From assembly GCF_006345805.1 (NCBI RefSeq), contig NC_043008.1:29760001-29824000 (forward strand): DNA of 64,000 bases, in the 5' to 3' direction. This document shows, one piece after another, positions 1 through 13,192 of the stretch. The position numbers were made by a program, and so were the translations under genes. Under the pieces are notes generated by a model. It was not told where the DNA came from. It saw only the letters and a list, made by a program, of their open reading frames with translations, and searched no databases. Each line of letters starts with the position of its first letter. Positions within the stretch are counted from its first letter, which is position 1. This DNA is from Octopus sinensis. Its lineage: Eukaryota.

Positions 1-1252
1 TGGAGGTTATGGGTATATAATTCTACTTGAACTGCATTCCTGGTATTCGTAATTTGGACGCATTAGGTATGAACAGATTTTCAGCAGCGCAGAGAAATCA
101 AGATATCGGCTGATTGCAAGCAGACAGCACCATCTATCGTCTGCAACAGCGATGCAACACTAGCAGCACTGCAGATTGTGCCTCCGGAGGGAACCCCTGG
201 GTGACTTCGCCCAGACAGAACACCGTGATCACCTGCAAGAACACCGTGATCGCTTCAGACCGGCCATAGTGACAGCTCGGGAGACCATTAGCACTGGACA
301 GCTACATATCATCATTGACACGGTACGACGTAGACTGGCCGCCGACAACCTGCGTTGCCGACCTCCTGCTCGAGGGCCTGTCCTCACCCACAGGCACGAC
401 TACAGTGGGATACACAGCACCGACGTTAGCGGCATCCAGAATGGAGGTTGATAGTCTTCTCTGACGAGAGCCGATACTGCGTTTCCAGCTCGGATGGCAG
501 AGTGAGAAAGTGGTGTAGGAGTAGTATTCGCTACAGAGACGCCTGTCTGATGGAGGGAGACGCGTGGGGTGGCCAAACTATCATAGTTTGGCGTGCTATA
601 GGCCTGAATCAGAGAATTGATCCCCATGTGTTCCAAAATGATGGTAGAGGCAGAGGGAATGACATCACAGCGCAGCGCTGCGCTGACCAGATCCTAAGAC
701 CTCACATCGTGCCTTTCCTCTCGAGTCACCACAGCCACGTGTTTCCAGCAGTACTATGCTCCCTCCCACACCTGTGGAACTGGATGCAACATTCCTCAGG
801 GTGTGGGCACAGGTGCCAATGGGCTTTGTGAAACGCCTCATGTACTCCATGTACTGACGGTGTATGGGCCTTTGAACACCCAGAGTATTGAACATGTTAC
901 GCCCTACAATCTCGATGTGCTGGATCCCACCACTACCAGAACACATGAAAACGACACATAGACTGTGGTCAAAGTGCGTCCCAGTAATCAACTATGTTAC
1001 AACTATGATGTTGTTGGTAAAACATGTTCTTTGTCTATCTCCTTATCCTCTTGGAAATTTTAGGTATAATTATACTAATGTGTCCTTCTAATTTAATTAA
1101 ATTCTATGTCTTTGTGCAGCTGAAGATAGCTCAACATTTTAAATTGCTGTAATGAAATGATTGCATTGTTCAATTAAATGTAGTCGCATGAAACGATCGT
1201 ACTGCAGTACCTCTGGATTTGCTTGTTCCTTATTTTGATTTTAATCACTATA
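1..1252 (+). mobile_element. Tc1-like DNA transposon (left end outside window; right end about 1250, followed by TA)
   Basis: Transposase relic followed by ...CTTATTTTGATTTTAATCACTA|TA; the 1095-1240 segment recurs at 35266-35410, confirming a repeated element end. Confidence 0.75.
69..890 (+). pseudogene. Tc1-family transposase, decayed (stops and frameshifts)
   Basis: ATG at 69 reads MNRFSAAQRNQDIG*LQA..TIYRLQQR (paired-like HTH); ORF 176-451 has DTVRRRLAADNLRCRPPARGPVLT; ORF 448-831 has VFSDESRY (first D of the DDE triad), GGQTIIVWRAIG and QILRPHIVPF; C-terminal RLMYSMY*RC motif near 840-890. Confidence 0.9.
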
Positions 1253-1315
1253 TTTTGAAATTGTATGGATAATACCGTACTTAATTCTGTGCCTCAACTT
1301 ACCATATTCATTTGA

Positions 1316-1424
<109 letters not shown>

Positions 1425-3339
1425 AGTATACACACACGTATATGTTTCTGTACATGAATGTGTGTGATTTTGTGTGCATGTGTGTTTGTATGTGTGCCTG
1501 TATGTGTGTATGTGTATTATATTGAAGCAGTGTAGCTGAGGATGCTGATGAAACTGACAATAGATTGTGTGCAACAACTGTTTTTCTATTCTGTATATGT
1601 ACGTATGTTTGTTCCAGGTAACTTCGTTGAATGCAAAATTATAACTCTTAATTATAACAGAAAAGTCGTGTCAATCGAAACATCGCTTTAATGACTTCCT
1701 ATAAAAAAAGAAAAGAAAACACCTTCATCCATCTATAATACCGTTCACGCTTGCATTATTCTTTCTACGATAGACAATAAAACAAATAATGTTTTTAATG
1801 CGATTTTTCCAGACGCATCAAAGTATTGATTATCATAATTCATTCATAGTTATTTTGTGCTCCTAACTACATGACTCTTTACAAAAACAAAAAAACAAAA
1901 AAACCTTCAGGTGCATTAATATATTAAAGTCAGCTACAACAAAGAGAGAGAGAGCAAAAGAAAGCAGAGATATAGCTTATTAGTAGAGAGAATTATTTTA
2001 ATTTTCTCAATTTCATTATTCTAATAAAATTGCCATTACATTTTATTTCGGTATATATTCTAAAAAACAAATCAATGAAGAATCCATGATAAATACTCAG
2101 TATGCTAACTTCTACTAAGTACTAAACGTACCGCCTTGTTAGTAGAGCTGTTATTGAAATCACGTGGCATTTCTTATAGCTTATTTTACTTTCAAATTTT
2201 GCCATTTCCAATTTTCGTATTTTAATTTCATTTCTTTTTCACGTTGTTTTTTTTTATTTATCTTCTCCCATTATTATAGGTTTTCTTTTTGTATTTTGCT
2301 TCTTAAAATTGTTAAAATGTTTTCTTTATCTCTTGTTAAAATGCCTGATCCTGGAATATTACTTGCCATTTGACGCATACTTTAATTTTTCCTTTCACTT
2401 CTTTATTGTGTGGAATCGTAGAACTCTAAACGTCCCCTGCAGCATCTGTGTCTATGCATGGGGAAGTTTATATACGTACGTAGGATACACAGTATATAAT
2501 CTACGTATTCATGAAAAAAACTATTGCGTATAAGCCTGCAGTGCTGATTATATATTCCTTCAAGAACGATCGTTGTGTTATCTTATTTCAATCCCTTGAG
2601 GAACATTATCTGATATGAACATATGATATTTGCATTAACGTGCAAGGAAAGCAAAAATGCTTATTATATCAATGAACATGATTATTCAAATATGAAAATA
2701 GAACAGAGGCAAAGAACAATGAATCTATAAAGCTTTTAATAAATTTCTTACGCGTTCTCCGGAGTCATATATAAATTATATTCAATATAATGAGAATGAA
2801 TAAATATTTCAGTTAAACCCTGATGAATTTCCTATTTAGACAAGTACGCCCAGGGGATATAGAATATTTGGGAACTTTATTAATTTTTTTTTTGGTGATA
2901 AAAAAATGTCTTATCCGACTTACATTTCATCGTACAGAATAAGGTTTTAAAGAATGTAAAATACTTAAAGAGTGCTTGCTCACGTTTCTTTGTTTTGTTC
3001 TTAACTGTTGCTGTTTTTCTTTCACATCTCGTAAATGCGTGAATATTAACTTTTCATGGGCGACAAGCGTCGTAATTGCTGTTAGTGGGCAATGCAAATA
3101 TGAATAGTATTCCCATCAATGACATCATTGACTCATTTTAACTATTATATTTGTTTTAATATATATGGACTTTAGAAGGTCTCTTGCAGAATCTCTACCA
3201 CATAGTCTTAATTTCAAAAACTATCTATGGTTATGTTTCTACAAGACTTATTAAATACAGCATAACTTCCTTCTTGTACTGAAGTAAAGGAAAGCCATTT
3301 TGAATTGCCTTGCACTAGATCGATTACATCACGGGAAAA

Positions 3340-4011
3340 ACCGACAATATTTTAGGTAGACCCAGCTAGTTTACTTGAATCCAGGATGACTATTGTGGTC
3401 ATCACTTTGAACCAGAGACAACGAGATAATCCATGTAGTGGAAACACTCCTCAAAAGAAAGCCGAGGTATTTTCATCTACAGGGAACGTCAAGTCCTCAG
3501 TTTTGGGTGATGCGAAAGGCATTGTGTTAATTGAATACCTTCAAAAAGAACCACACCATCAATAGAGTGCATTATGCCAACTTTCCAAGACAGTAACGAA
3601 AGACTCTCAAGAAGAAACGCCTAAGGATACTGACGCACATAGCTCTTGTTTCATTAGGATAACACTCCAGCACACATGGCCTTGATTTCAAAGGCTGCTG
3701 TATGTGATTGTGGCTTTGAATTGGTTGATCACCCTCCCTATTGTAATGATTTGACCCCATATAACTATCAACTCTTTCTCGACATGAAACATTAGTTTGC
3801 TCTGAACCCGTATCGCAGTGATGCTGACGTCATACCTGCCGTCTGTGACATTTTTGAAGAACATGATGAAAGCTTTTTCACAAATGGGATCCAAGCACTG
3901 CATCACCGATGATATAATTGTGTGGACCGAAAGGGGGACTCTCCTGAGAAATAAAAGGCAGCCCATGAGATTATTTCGGTCAGCCGGTGAACTTTCCAGC
4001 CCACCTTTCTA
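3340..4011 (+). pseudogene. Mariner-family transposase relic with 3' TIR-like end
   Basis: Manual translation gives HHFEPETTR*SM*WKH, KKAEVFSSTGNV..VLGDAKGIVLIEYLQK, FH*DNTPAH, GFELVDHPPYCNDLTPYNY (YSPDLAPSDY-like) and FFTNGIQALHHR*YNCVDRKGDSPEK* (stop 3952-3954); followed by GAACTTTCCAGCCCACCTTTCTA, resembling a mariner TIR. Confidence 0.92.
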
Positions 4012-4140
4012 CTTATAAGTATGCGCTTTATAGAAATGTGTACATTCAGAAATATGAATATTATATCACTAAGAAAATTGTATTTCTACTGCTTTTAACA
4101 CACCTTTCTTTGCATACATTGACACTCTATGACTTAAAAT

Positions 4141-4227
4141 GTTTTCTTTTTCTTTGCAGGTAAGTCGTGCTCTCTAAGAAACCTAAATGATTGTAGATCA
4201 ACGGCTATATTGCATTAGTGGGTAAGT
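4141..4227 (+). promoter_or_regulatory. Candidate recursive splice site (3'SS immediately followed by 5'SS) with 62-nt RS-exon
   Basis: GTTTTCTTTTTCTTTGCAG|GTAAGT (AG 4158-4159, GTAAGT 4160-4165); second donor TGG|GTAAGT at 4222-4227. Confidence 0.5.
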
Positions 4228-5504
4228 GTGTGGATATCTACCTTTTTACATATTTAGCTCTCTATCATTCTCATGTATATGGTAGCCTTGTAAACATACA
4301 AATAAATCGTGAACAAGCTGAGGGAGAGCTTTGACTAATAATTCTAGTATACCTGTCGTGTTTATGGGATTCGTAATTAACGGTTGTCTATGTTAATATC
4401 TCTTGTCCATTTATGCGTATATCACTCACGGTTGGTAGATCGAGGCTGATTGCAAGCATTGTTCTCCATGTGTTCACGCTTTTACATATGTTTCCTTCTG
4501 TCTGATCATCCTTGTTTTTCTTTCATAGACAATACCTTCAATGACAAACTTACCGTATCTAATTACAGCTACTAAATTTTAGATCATTGATTACAAAGGT
4601 AAAACAATAAATTCTAATTATATAAGAATATACGTTTTTCCTGTGCAGAGACAATGATAAGCAGTGATTTCTTTTCTAGAAATGATTGCGAAATATCCGA
4701 TATTGCTCAATATCTATTATATTAAGGAGAATGTACAACTAGTTTGGATTCTATACACGTACTGTTCAACTGGGAAGGAATGCGGTGATACTGAATATCG
4801 TTCTTAGAAACTACAGGCACACAAATACACCTATTCACAAAGACTACAAGTGACGTACACACGCAAAAACAACACACAAACATACACACAGAAGAGATAA
4901 TATGTAGAGAAGCGCTAGATATGACCATATAAAGCGTTTATAATTCATTATAAATTTCTCTTTTGGGCATCAGATTCTATTGCATGTTTTGTTATTTGCA
5001 CTGTAACAATACCTTAAAATGGAATACCACCATATATGATGTGCTAGTTATATCTAATAACATGAATTTGATAGGAAATACTTTTCAGTATATCATCACG
5101 AGACATAAAGTCGTTAGACATGAAACCAATATATCTATGGTCGGTTCGTTTGAGGATACTGCATTTGGAGAATGTATTGTGTATGAAAACATTCAAGACG
5201 TCTCGATTGAACGATTCTCAGTTAGATGTGGCCCCACTTAGGGCCCCAACAATTCGTAGTTACTAGGATTTATGCTGTGCGATGTTTATCTTGGATTCCT
5301 AAAGTAATATTAGTGTGATAAGCGCTTTCTCTTGATAAGTAAGAAGGTATTTAGAGCTACTGCTATTCTCGTACCAAAATTAAATATACCATCAAATTAT
5401 AGGGTTTACTATTTGATATTGCTTTTTTAATTCTTCTGCACACATTTTGTTGGGTTGGATATTGATTAGGGTCACATTAAGATTCTTTTGAATCCTCCCT
5501 ATAT

Positions 5505-5675
5505 TGATATTGCACCTAGAATATTACCCTCCCAGGCACAAGTCCGGGCAAGATAGTTTATGGAAGACCAGCAGTCGCCCATGCATACCGGCCTCTCCTC
5601 TCCACGCCACCAGATCAGGGATTCGAACTCACAACCTCAGGATCGTAAGATCGTAAGCCATGCGCCTTCACCATA
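5505..5675 (-). mobile_element. tRNA-derived SINE fragment (third family)
   Basis: Minus strand reads GGTGAAGGCGCATGGCT...GTTCGAATCCC (Pol III B-box, plus 5618-5628) then a GC-rich body ending ...CTAGGTGCAAT. Confidence 0.65.
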
Positions 5676-7748
5676 TATCTATATATATATATATATACAC
5701 ACAAAACAAAATATTACCGCCGAACAGTGTTTAGGTATGAGCAAAATTTGAGGTTAGTTAAAATATATTTGTGAAACACTTCAAGGGCTAAAGGGCAAAT
5801 TCACTGCTGTTACCGTAGATAAAGTATTAGTTTTATGGTAAAAAGTTTTGAAAACACCTTATTTCTTCAGTTTCGAGATTTACAAGGACCCCATGACAGA
5901 TGTTTCACGTTAGTTGAAAAAAGCTAACTAACTTGAATCACTGATGTCTTCGAGTCCTGATAATATTGGCGATAATATTGGATATGCCTACTGAGAACGT
6001 ACTCAGCGGCCGCTTGTTTATCCAATTTCCACGATATTCGTTATGTACACAGAATGCATTCTCCTGTGGTTTCATGTCAGGATGAACAGCGCAGTAAGTT
6101 GCCTAGTGATGGCGTATATGCATTATGGTCGATACATAGATAGTTAATTTAATTTAATGCTGGTTCAATTGCACATACGGGATGTGTTCAACTTTCAACT
6201 ATTTGTTGCTTATTCCATGAGAGGTGAGCAATTCTCGTACGAGCATATGCCTGGCTGTGAGTACATGTGATAAAAGGCATGAAAAGGCCGAAATGCATCT
6301 GGTATTCTTGCAGGCAGGCACTGGGATGATTCTTCATTTCTGTCTAATATGTATTGTGTTTTAACACTGCGTCCCCATTAAAAGTTATTATCTCAAGACG
6401 AGTCCAACAATAAAAATATTGTCACAGGGTATATGTACATCAGGTATCAGGTAATAAGCTAAGTTCTTACATTTCGATGTATTTCAGGTTTTTTTTTCTA
6501 TACATTACTAGATTTCACTTTGACTGTACCTGCATAATCAATTTATTACGGTAATATTTACGTATAACCTCTATTGAAATTCACACAAATAATTTCATAT
6601 GTGCACAAGTCTTCCGTGCAAACAAATACCTTTTATATTCTGTTTTAAACATTCCTTTCCAACTCCGAAGTACATATCCAGTTTTCATCATCCATTTATA
6701 ACTGAACTTCATTTTACCCTAAATGTTCAATTTAGAACTATGTATAGCATATTTTTAAATCATATAACTCCTTCACAATACAAATTTACCTTGCATATAA
6801 TTGTTGTTAGAATTTATGCTATATGTTTGTTTGTTACTCCGGGTGGAAATACCTACAAACATCCAAATGATTTAACTGAATTCACAAATTCTTGTTTTCG
6901 AAATCAACCTAACAGATTTAAAAGCATACCCTATGATTAAATTACCCAACTTAAATCTTCAAGTGAAAACTTTAAAGTATAAAATCATCAAAATCTATAT
7001 TTTATAAATCCCAAAACCCTAAACATGAAGTTACAAAAAACTTCCGTATATAATTCATTTTATTCTGTTCGTGTATTGAATCGTTCGTCATCTGTCCTTA
7101 ACATTTATGCCTAAAATATCTATGTTCATGTAAGTGTGATCGTGACGATGCGTCTATGTGTTCCAAGACGCAGAAATCATGAAGATATAGATGTTGGGAA
7201 GTATAAATAATATGATTTACTTTCAATTCATATTATGCTATGCGGACTTAGACATATTTTGTATTCTGAAAACGTGGCAAGGGCAAAATTTTATTACAGA
7301 CGAAACGATGCACTCTAGTGTACATTTTTTCAATTCCAATACAAGCTATTTTTAAACAATAATATTTTCAAGCGTGATCGGTGAATAGAATGTGTAAACT
7401 GATATTTCAACTTATGGAAATATATCTTCCTATCTCTTACATACATACATAGAGACAGGCATATACACTCCTATATATACAGAATAGACCAGGATGGAAG
7501 TGAATCAGGCACTTAAATAGTAATGCACTGGATCGCGTCCAAAAGTACAATGTGTACACAACAAGAATAGAGAAATATATATACGGGTACCGTGGCACAA
7601 GTAGAAAACATTCAGGTTATATTGATGAGTCTATGACCAGCAATAGTCATAGAATCATGAAGATGCACATCCTATCGGCTTTTGAATTTGTTTGAATGTT
7701 GTGGTAGACCTGATGAAAACAATTCTTTCTAATGTAGTAATATCTCCG

Positions 7749-8294
7749 TTAATCATATTTAAGATCAGGACCATGGATTCGACATTTAGGAGAGTATTTG
7801 GGGTGGAGGTGAGGGCAGTTTTTTCCAGTTATACCATATGGACAGGTGCCCTTAACAAGTCTACGGCATAAGGTAGGATGGAAAAAAGCACAGCGTCCCT
7901 TCTTGCTGGTGCCGCTGGGGCCAAATCTACAATTACCTTGAGAATAGAAACGACAGGGTTTTTGATGTAGGGATAGTACAGTTTTTTTACAGTGGCAGGC
8001 TCATTGGTCAGTGGTCGTATTGTAGTAGCAGTAGCAGACTGTTGTTGTTGTTGTTTTACTGTAGCAGCAGTGGAGCTTGACTTGCAACAGTTGGGCTGGT
8101 GGAATCAGGTCAGATAGTGATTCCAAACAAGATGCTTCCAGTGTAGTAGCAGAAGTAGGCTGTTGTAGTTGCGATAGTGAGTGCTGGCTTGCCACGGAAT
8201 TGTTGGGTGGAATTAGGTCAGAGAGCGACATCAATGAGGGTGTTGTTTGTTGCTGGCTAACGGGTCGTTGAAATGACCCCTGACCTGTTGGCAT
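7749..8294 (-). pseudogene. Decayed ORF with tandem CCCH zinc fingers (possible LINE ORF1 relic)
   Basis: Continuing the frame of ORF 8001-8294 past its TGA gives CRFYSQGNCRFGPSGTSKKGRCAFFHP (C-x7-C-x12-C-x3-H) and CRRLVKGTCPYGITGKNCPHLHP (C-x7-C-x8-C-x3-H) at 7955-7800; upstream part is S/Q/T-rich with SLSDLIPP repeated twice. Confidence 0.75.
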
Positions 8295-8648
8295 TGAGTC
8301 AGTTGGTGCGCTACGTATGTTGACATGTATGTCAGTTATTTGATGTATATTCGTGAATACATCGTTGAAATGTATGTGTCGATATATTCGAAAATACGTG
8401 GCTATATCTGGTTGTGTGTGGAGAGTTCCTTGTATTTAGTACAAATGAGAATGAGCAGTGTGTTTAATGCAAATCAAGAGAAAATGATTGTACCCACGGG
8501 GCTAGTTTTAGAACGAATCTTGGTTTTAATTTTGGTTTATATTTGTTGTATATAAATTTGTGTAAATGTATTCACCGATGATAGTAAAATAGTAGAACGG
8601 TAGAATTCAAGGGTTATGGGACTAAAAACAAGGAACGTTACTGCTAAC

Positions 8649-8713
<65 letters not shown>

Positions 8714-8891
8714 TACATACATATATATATATATATATATAATATATATATATATGTGTGGGTGTGTGTATGTATGTATATATATATTTATATATATATA
8801 TATACATATATATGTATGTATATATATGTATATATGCATGCATGTATCTATATATGTCTATATATACATATATATACATATATATATATAT
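8649..8891. repeat. (TA)n-rich microsatellite with CA/TG interruptions
   Basis: Directly visible. Confidence 0.97.
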
Positions 8892-8892
8892 T

Positions 8893-9111
8893 GTTGAAAA
8901 TATGTGGAAAACATAAAAGTGGAAGAGAAATGTTTTCGTTTCACATAGTTTAATATCTTTTATGCACGATATACAACCGGTTCTCGCTATTTACATTAGC
9001 TTAATATACATATATATATAAAAACAATTTCTTTCTAAAAAGATATTAAACTATGTGAAACGAAGGCATTTCTCTTCCACTTTTTACATATGTTTTCCAC
9101 GTATTTTCAAC
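8893..9111. mobile_element. Small fold-back / MITE-like element
   Basis: Arms 8893-8962 and 9036-9111 are reverse complements with a few substitutions and one small indel; about 75-bp spacer. Confidence 0.7.
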
Positions 9112-9179
9112 TCATAATTTTGCCTCATGGTGTATACTGAATCTCCAGTATTTTTGCCCCTTTTATATTTTCATATTCC

Positions 9180-9400
9180 TCCTAATGTGACCGCGTGTGT
9201 ATCGTTGGCGATATTTTTTCCTCCGTCTTTCCCTCCTTTGATTTTTCCTTTTCCTATGTTTCTGACGAAGAGCTCCGCTCGAAACGTTAAATCCTCTTTC
9301 TTCTTTCTTTCCTTTCCTGAGCGTCCAATAACACTATACTTGTTCTACGTCCTCGCGTTGTTGTGTTTTCTCTTTGTGTTTTTTTTTTGTGTATTAACTA
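9180..9400 (+). repeat. Penelope-type terminal-repeat fragment (family A)
   Basis: Homologous to 25230-25420 in opposite orientation (shared TTTCCTGAGCGTCCAATAAC.CTATACTTGTT); carries an HHR motif. Confidence 0.7.
9258..9292 (+). ncRNA. Minimal type I hammerhead ribozyme motif
   Basis: GTTT-CTGACGA-A-GAGC-TCC-GCTC-GAAA-CGTT-AAAT: CUGANGA core, 4-bp stem II, GAAA, palindromic ACGT stem III, weak stem I GTTT/AAAT. Confidence 0.65.
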
Positions 9401-10399
9401 TATATCACACACATATATACATATACGCAAAGTAATGTTAAAGCAAAATCTTATTGCGAATGAAATCGTGCTGTATATTCACTTAGTGTTATCATTGAGA
9501 ATGACTCTCTCCTTTACCTGTATTTATATATCTCTAAATATTTACTATGACAATGTTCGAATCAACGTCACCCTTTTAATACATATCTGATCTTGTGATG
9601 CCTTAACGTAAAACATGTATCTTGTTTTATTTTTACGGAGGTATTTCTTCATGATTACCTTTCAATATCACATTTATTCCTGTCTTTGCATATGTATGTA
9701 TGCATGTATGTATGGAACTGCGTATGTACGCTTACATCTGTCTGTCGACTTACCCATATGTTTGAGTTTTTGTATGCGTGTATGTGTGCGTATATATTAT
9801 GTATGCATGTGCTTAAATACTCGTATATACACACGCACATATGTATATTTTCGTACGTATATATGCAAATATACATATATATATATACAAATATATGTAT
9901 ATAAATGTATGTATTTATATAGGTATGTGGTATATATTTAACCTCAATTCCAACAGCGGCATCGAATGCACTTTGAAGATAAATATCTTTCGACGCCACG
10001 AAATTTTCTTGATTCACTACGCTGGTGGACCAAGAAAGATGTTCAAAGAAGAGAAATTGATATTTAATCGGAATAACATAATTTCTTCAAAAGACATAAC
10101 TTGCATGAATTCAGAGTGCACTTACACTGCTTGATAGTTTTCAATATATGTAGGAGAAAGTCTCCCAGCAATATCTGGAAATACGATGTAAAGACTTGCA
10201 CGGTAACTACGACTCACATCATGACGTTCACTACGAACATCATCTGCTTTCACCTGACAATAAGTTACAACGACCTACAGTTGGGGAGTTGCGTATGTTG
10301 CTACTGCTGATGCTGCTAACGCAAACGCCGGGCAGTTTAAAAAGAAATAACGAAATCTACGCAACTCTTAGATTGTCCGGAATGTTCTAAGCGTTTTTT

Positions 10400-11181
10400 T
10401 TTGTATATGCAAAAATGGATATAAATAATTGACAGAGTACACATCAAAATTAATGGTGTGGTTTTGTGGGAGAAGCTCATAATAAATAATGCTTTATGAT
10501 CCCACAAAACACAAAGCATAGCATTGTTGGCAGAGATATTCGTGTTTGGTTGCTGTTTTGGAGATCCTTACGCAAATTCCGGTATCTTTTTCGAACTACG
10601 TTTTCATACACAATCCATTTTTCATCTCCAGTTGTTTCAAAAAAAGGCATGCTGTAATTATGTTTCAAAAGCATATCACAAACAGAATACCCATCCAAGC
10701 AATTTAGCTTCACTAGGTTTTTATGAGCCGTACTTTTAGAAATTTCCAACTACTGTGGAAGTTCTCTAGTCGGGATATTTTATCTTTCTTCGATTTTTGC
10801 CTTCGAAATATTTTCATCGAGATTTGAAGGACTTCCACTTCAACTGTCATCATCCAAGCTAAAATCTCCAGCTGAAAATATTGCAAGCCATCTTCGAACA
10901 TTTGATTCACCGGAAGCAACATCACCATAAATTTACAAATGTTTTTTGCAAGTCTTTGCAGCGTTTTCTCCTTTCTTGAAAATGAAAAATTTTACGACGC
11001 GAATATGAAATTTTAGTTATCTATTTCAAATGTCAATAAAGGGTAACCGGAATGAAAGATAAATCTATTTTTATTCATGAACGAAGAAGAGATGCAGTAT
11101 CACTACAAGCAATGCCAATTTATGAAAATGTTTTCAAAGATTTAGCTTGAAAACGCTCAAAACTTTCCGGACGACCTCATA
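10400..11181 (-). pseudogene. Mariner-family transposon relic with internal deletions
   Basis: Minus strand gives HIRVVKFFIFKKGENAAK, IYGDVASGESNVRRWLAIFSAGDFSLDD (HTH) and ISKSTAHKNLVKL..SVCDMLLKHN..TTGDEKWIVYENVVRKR; 5' end reads TATGAGGTCGTCCGGAAAGTTT (mariner TIR-like) at about 11181-11160. Confidence 0.88.
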
Positions 11182-13192
11182 GATATTTCTTGGACAAATC
11201 CTTCTGAGTATGGGCCGAAATATAATGGCTTTTATAAACCCTTCTGCATTGCTAACTTTGAAATTTTATTTTCCTGTAGTGTTTATACTCAGACACACAC
11301 ATATATATATACACACACATATATATATACACACACATATATATACATATATATAAATTTATGTGTGTGTATGCGTGTGTGTGTTTATGCATAAATACAT
11401 CTTTATATATGTGTGCGCGCGTGTGTGTGTGTGTGTGCAAGTAAGTACATATGGATGATTTAGACTGTATACAGTGTAAGTATAGCAGGGGCATAAACGA
11501 TATTAGTATTTAAGTATACTCAGCAGTCAATACACGTGCCACATAATTTCTTAATTTAATCATTATGATCTCAAAATACTTCTTTAAATCACTACAACAC
11601 ATCTGATATTTGACCAAATTTTGATAAATGAATATTTCCTTATATTACCCAACATGCATCATAACGAATTACTATCACTTCCATATGAGTGAATTTTGCA
11701 AATATTGAATGAAAAGTACGTTTGTCTACCCAATGCTTATGTAAATCATACTCATGAAATACTGATGTGTATCTATATAATCCGTTATTTCATTATTTTC
11801 TCGATCATCTTTAATACTTATATTGCAACTCTATAAAGCTGTAATTTGTCTTTTACTCATGATGTTTCAATATGTGTGATACCTGAAATGAACAGAGGCA
11901 AATGTTTACTGTTAAAGTTAACATTTTAAAAAAAGTGCTGACAAATTTAATTTATACTAATCAATGTTTAAAAGCTTATGATATTGATAATTAGTTCCAA
12001 GTATATCAACCTAACTATGACAATCTACTTTCTAACGCAAAAACTCTTGTTTACACCATAGAAAAATACCCGCTTTCAATTTTAGAAACATGTTCGTAAT
12101 CTCAGTGCGGTGAGCGGCGGTGTGTTGATAAAGGAAATTAGAAATTTGACTGAAGTAAGACTAACAAAATTATTTGAAATTGGACGAAGGTCTCAAACTT
12201 TTGGGAGATTTCCTCGTCTGCAACGCAGCTGAAATTGAATATAGGACACAGGATAATATCGAGTAAAACTCTCTGAAATCTGGATTGTTAGGTATTTCAC
12301 TTTATATGAATTCACTACTATATTTACGAGCGTCAAAATAATTTTGCTGGAATGAACATAAACTATTAAATCTTAATCGCAAAATAAAGTTCCAGATTAT
12401 TTGTCGTCGAGTGGATTACGCAATATACGCAGTATTAATTCGTTTTTAAGTTGAAACTTTACAATATACAGACTGGAGCACAATGTCGCAGATAATAATA
12501 TGATTGTTAGTCAACACTCTGTATTGACATCTTCGAGAAGTACCTTGATATGTTATTTCCCTTATATCTTATACAGATTACTTGTAGAAACCTATATACA
12601 GACATTTTAAGTATATGAAGCCGTTTATCTCAGTAGGTTAATGTGTAAATTAGTTTTGTATAGAATTTGGATGTTTAGCATCAACCCAATAACTATCCAG
12701 AGATTATAGCCGTCAGGAATCACTTCACATTTTATTTCGTGAGATATTTCTACAAAATTAGGTATAGGCAATTCAACAGTTTTTCAGCTTTAACTGAAAA
12801 AATCCTCTCACTACTATGTAAAACGCTGAGTGAATTTGAGCCTGTAGTCATTCAAGATGGCAGACTTGACAATTGTGTGTCCTACAAATTGCATATCACC
12901 ATCTTAAATAAAGAAATAATACCTTACAATGAAACCGTATGCAGTGATGTAACGCTTATGATCATAGGTGTGGCTATGTGCTAAATCCTAATAATAATAA
13001 CAACAATCCTAATTACAAATCATTGAATACGCTCGATTCTGTATGACTGACCTGCGGAAAAATAATTAGCTGTATCTCATACAAAACACATATTTGTATT
13101 TCGAAATGAAAGGCATAATCTGGAAGATACCATTACACGCTTTTACTTCGTTCAAGCCACGGCTGAAATATATTGATTTTTTATTGCCCAGA

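Noticed and set aside
1600-1623. Second AG|GT juxtaposition (GTTTGTTCCAG|GTAACT)
   Set aside because: Short, interrupted pyrimidine tract and non-consensus donor; expected by chance in 64 kb.
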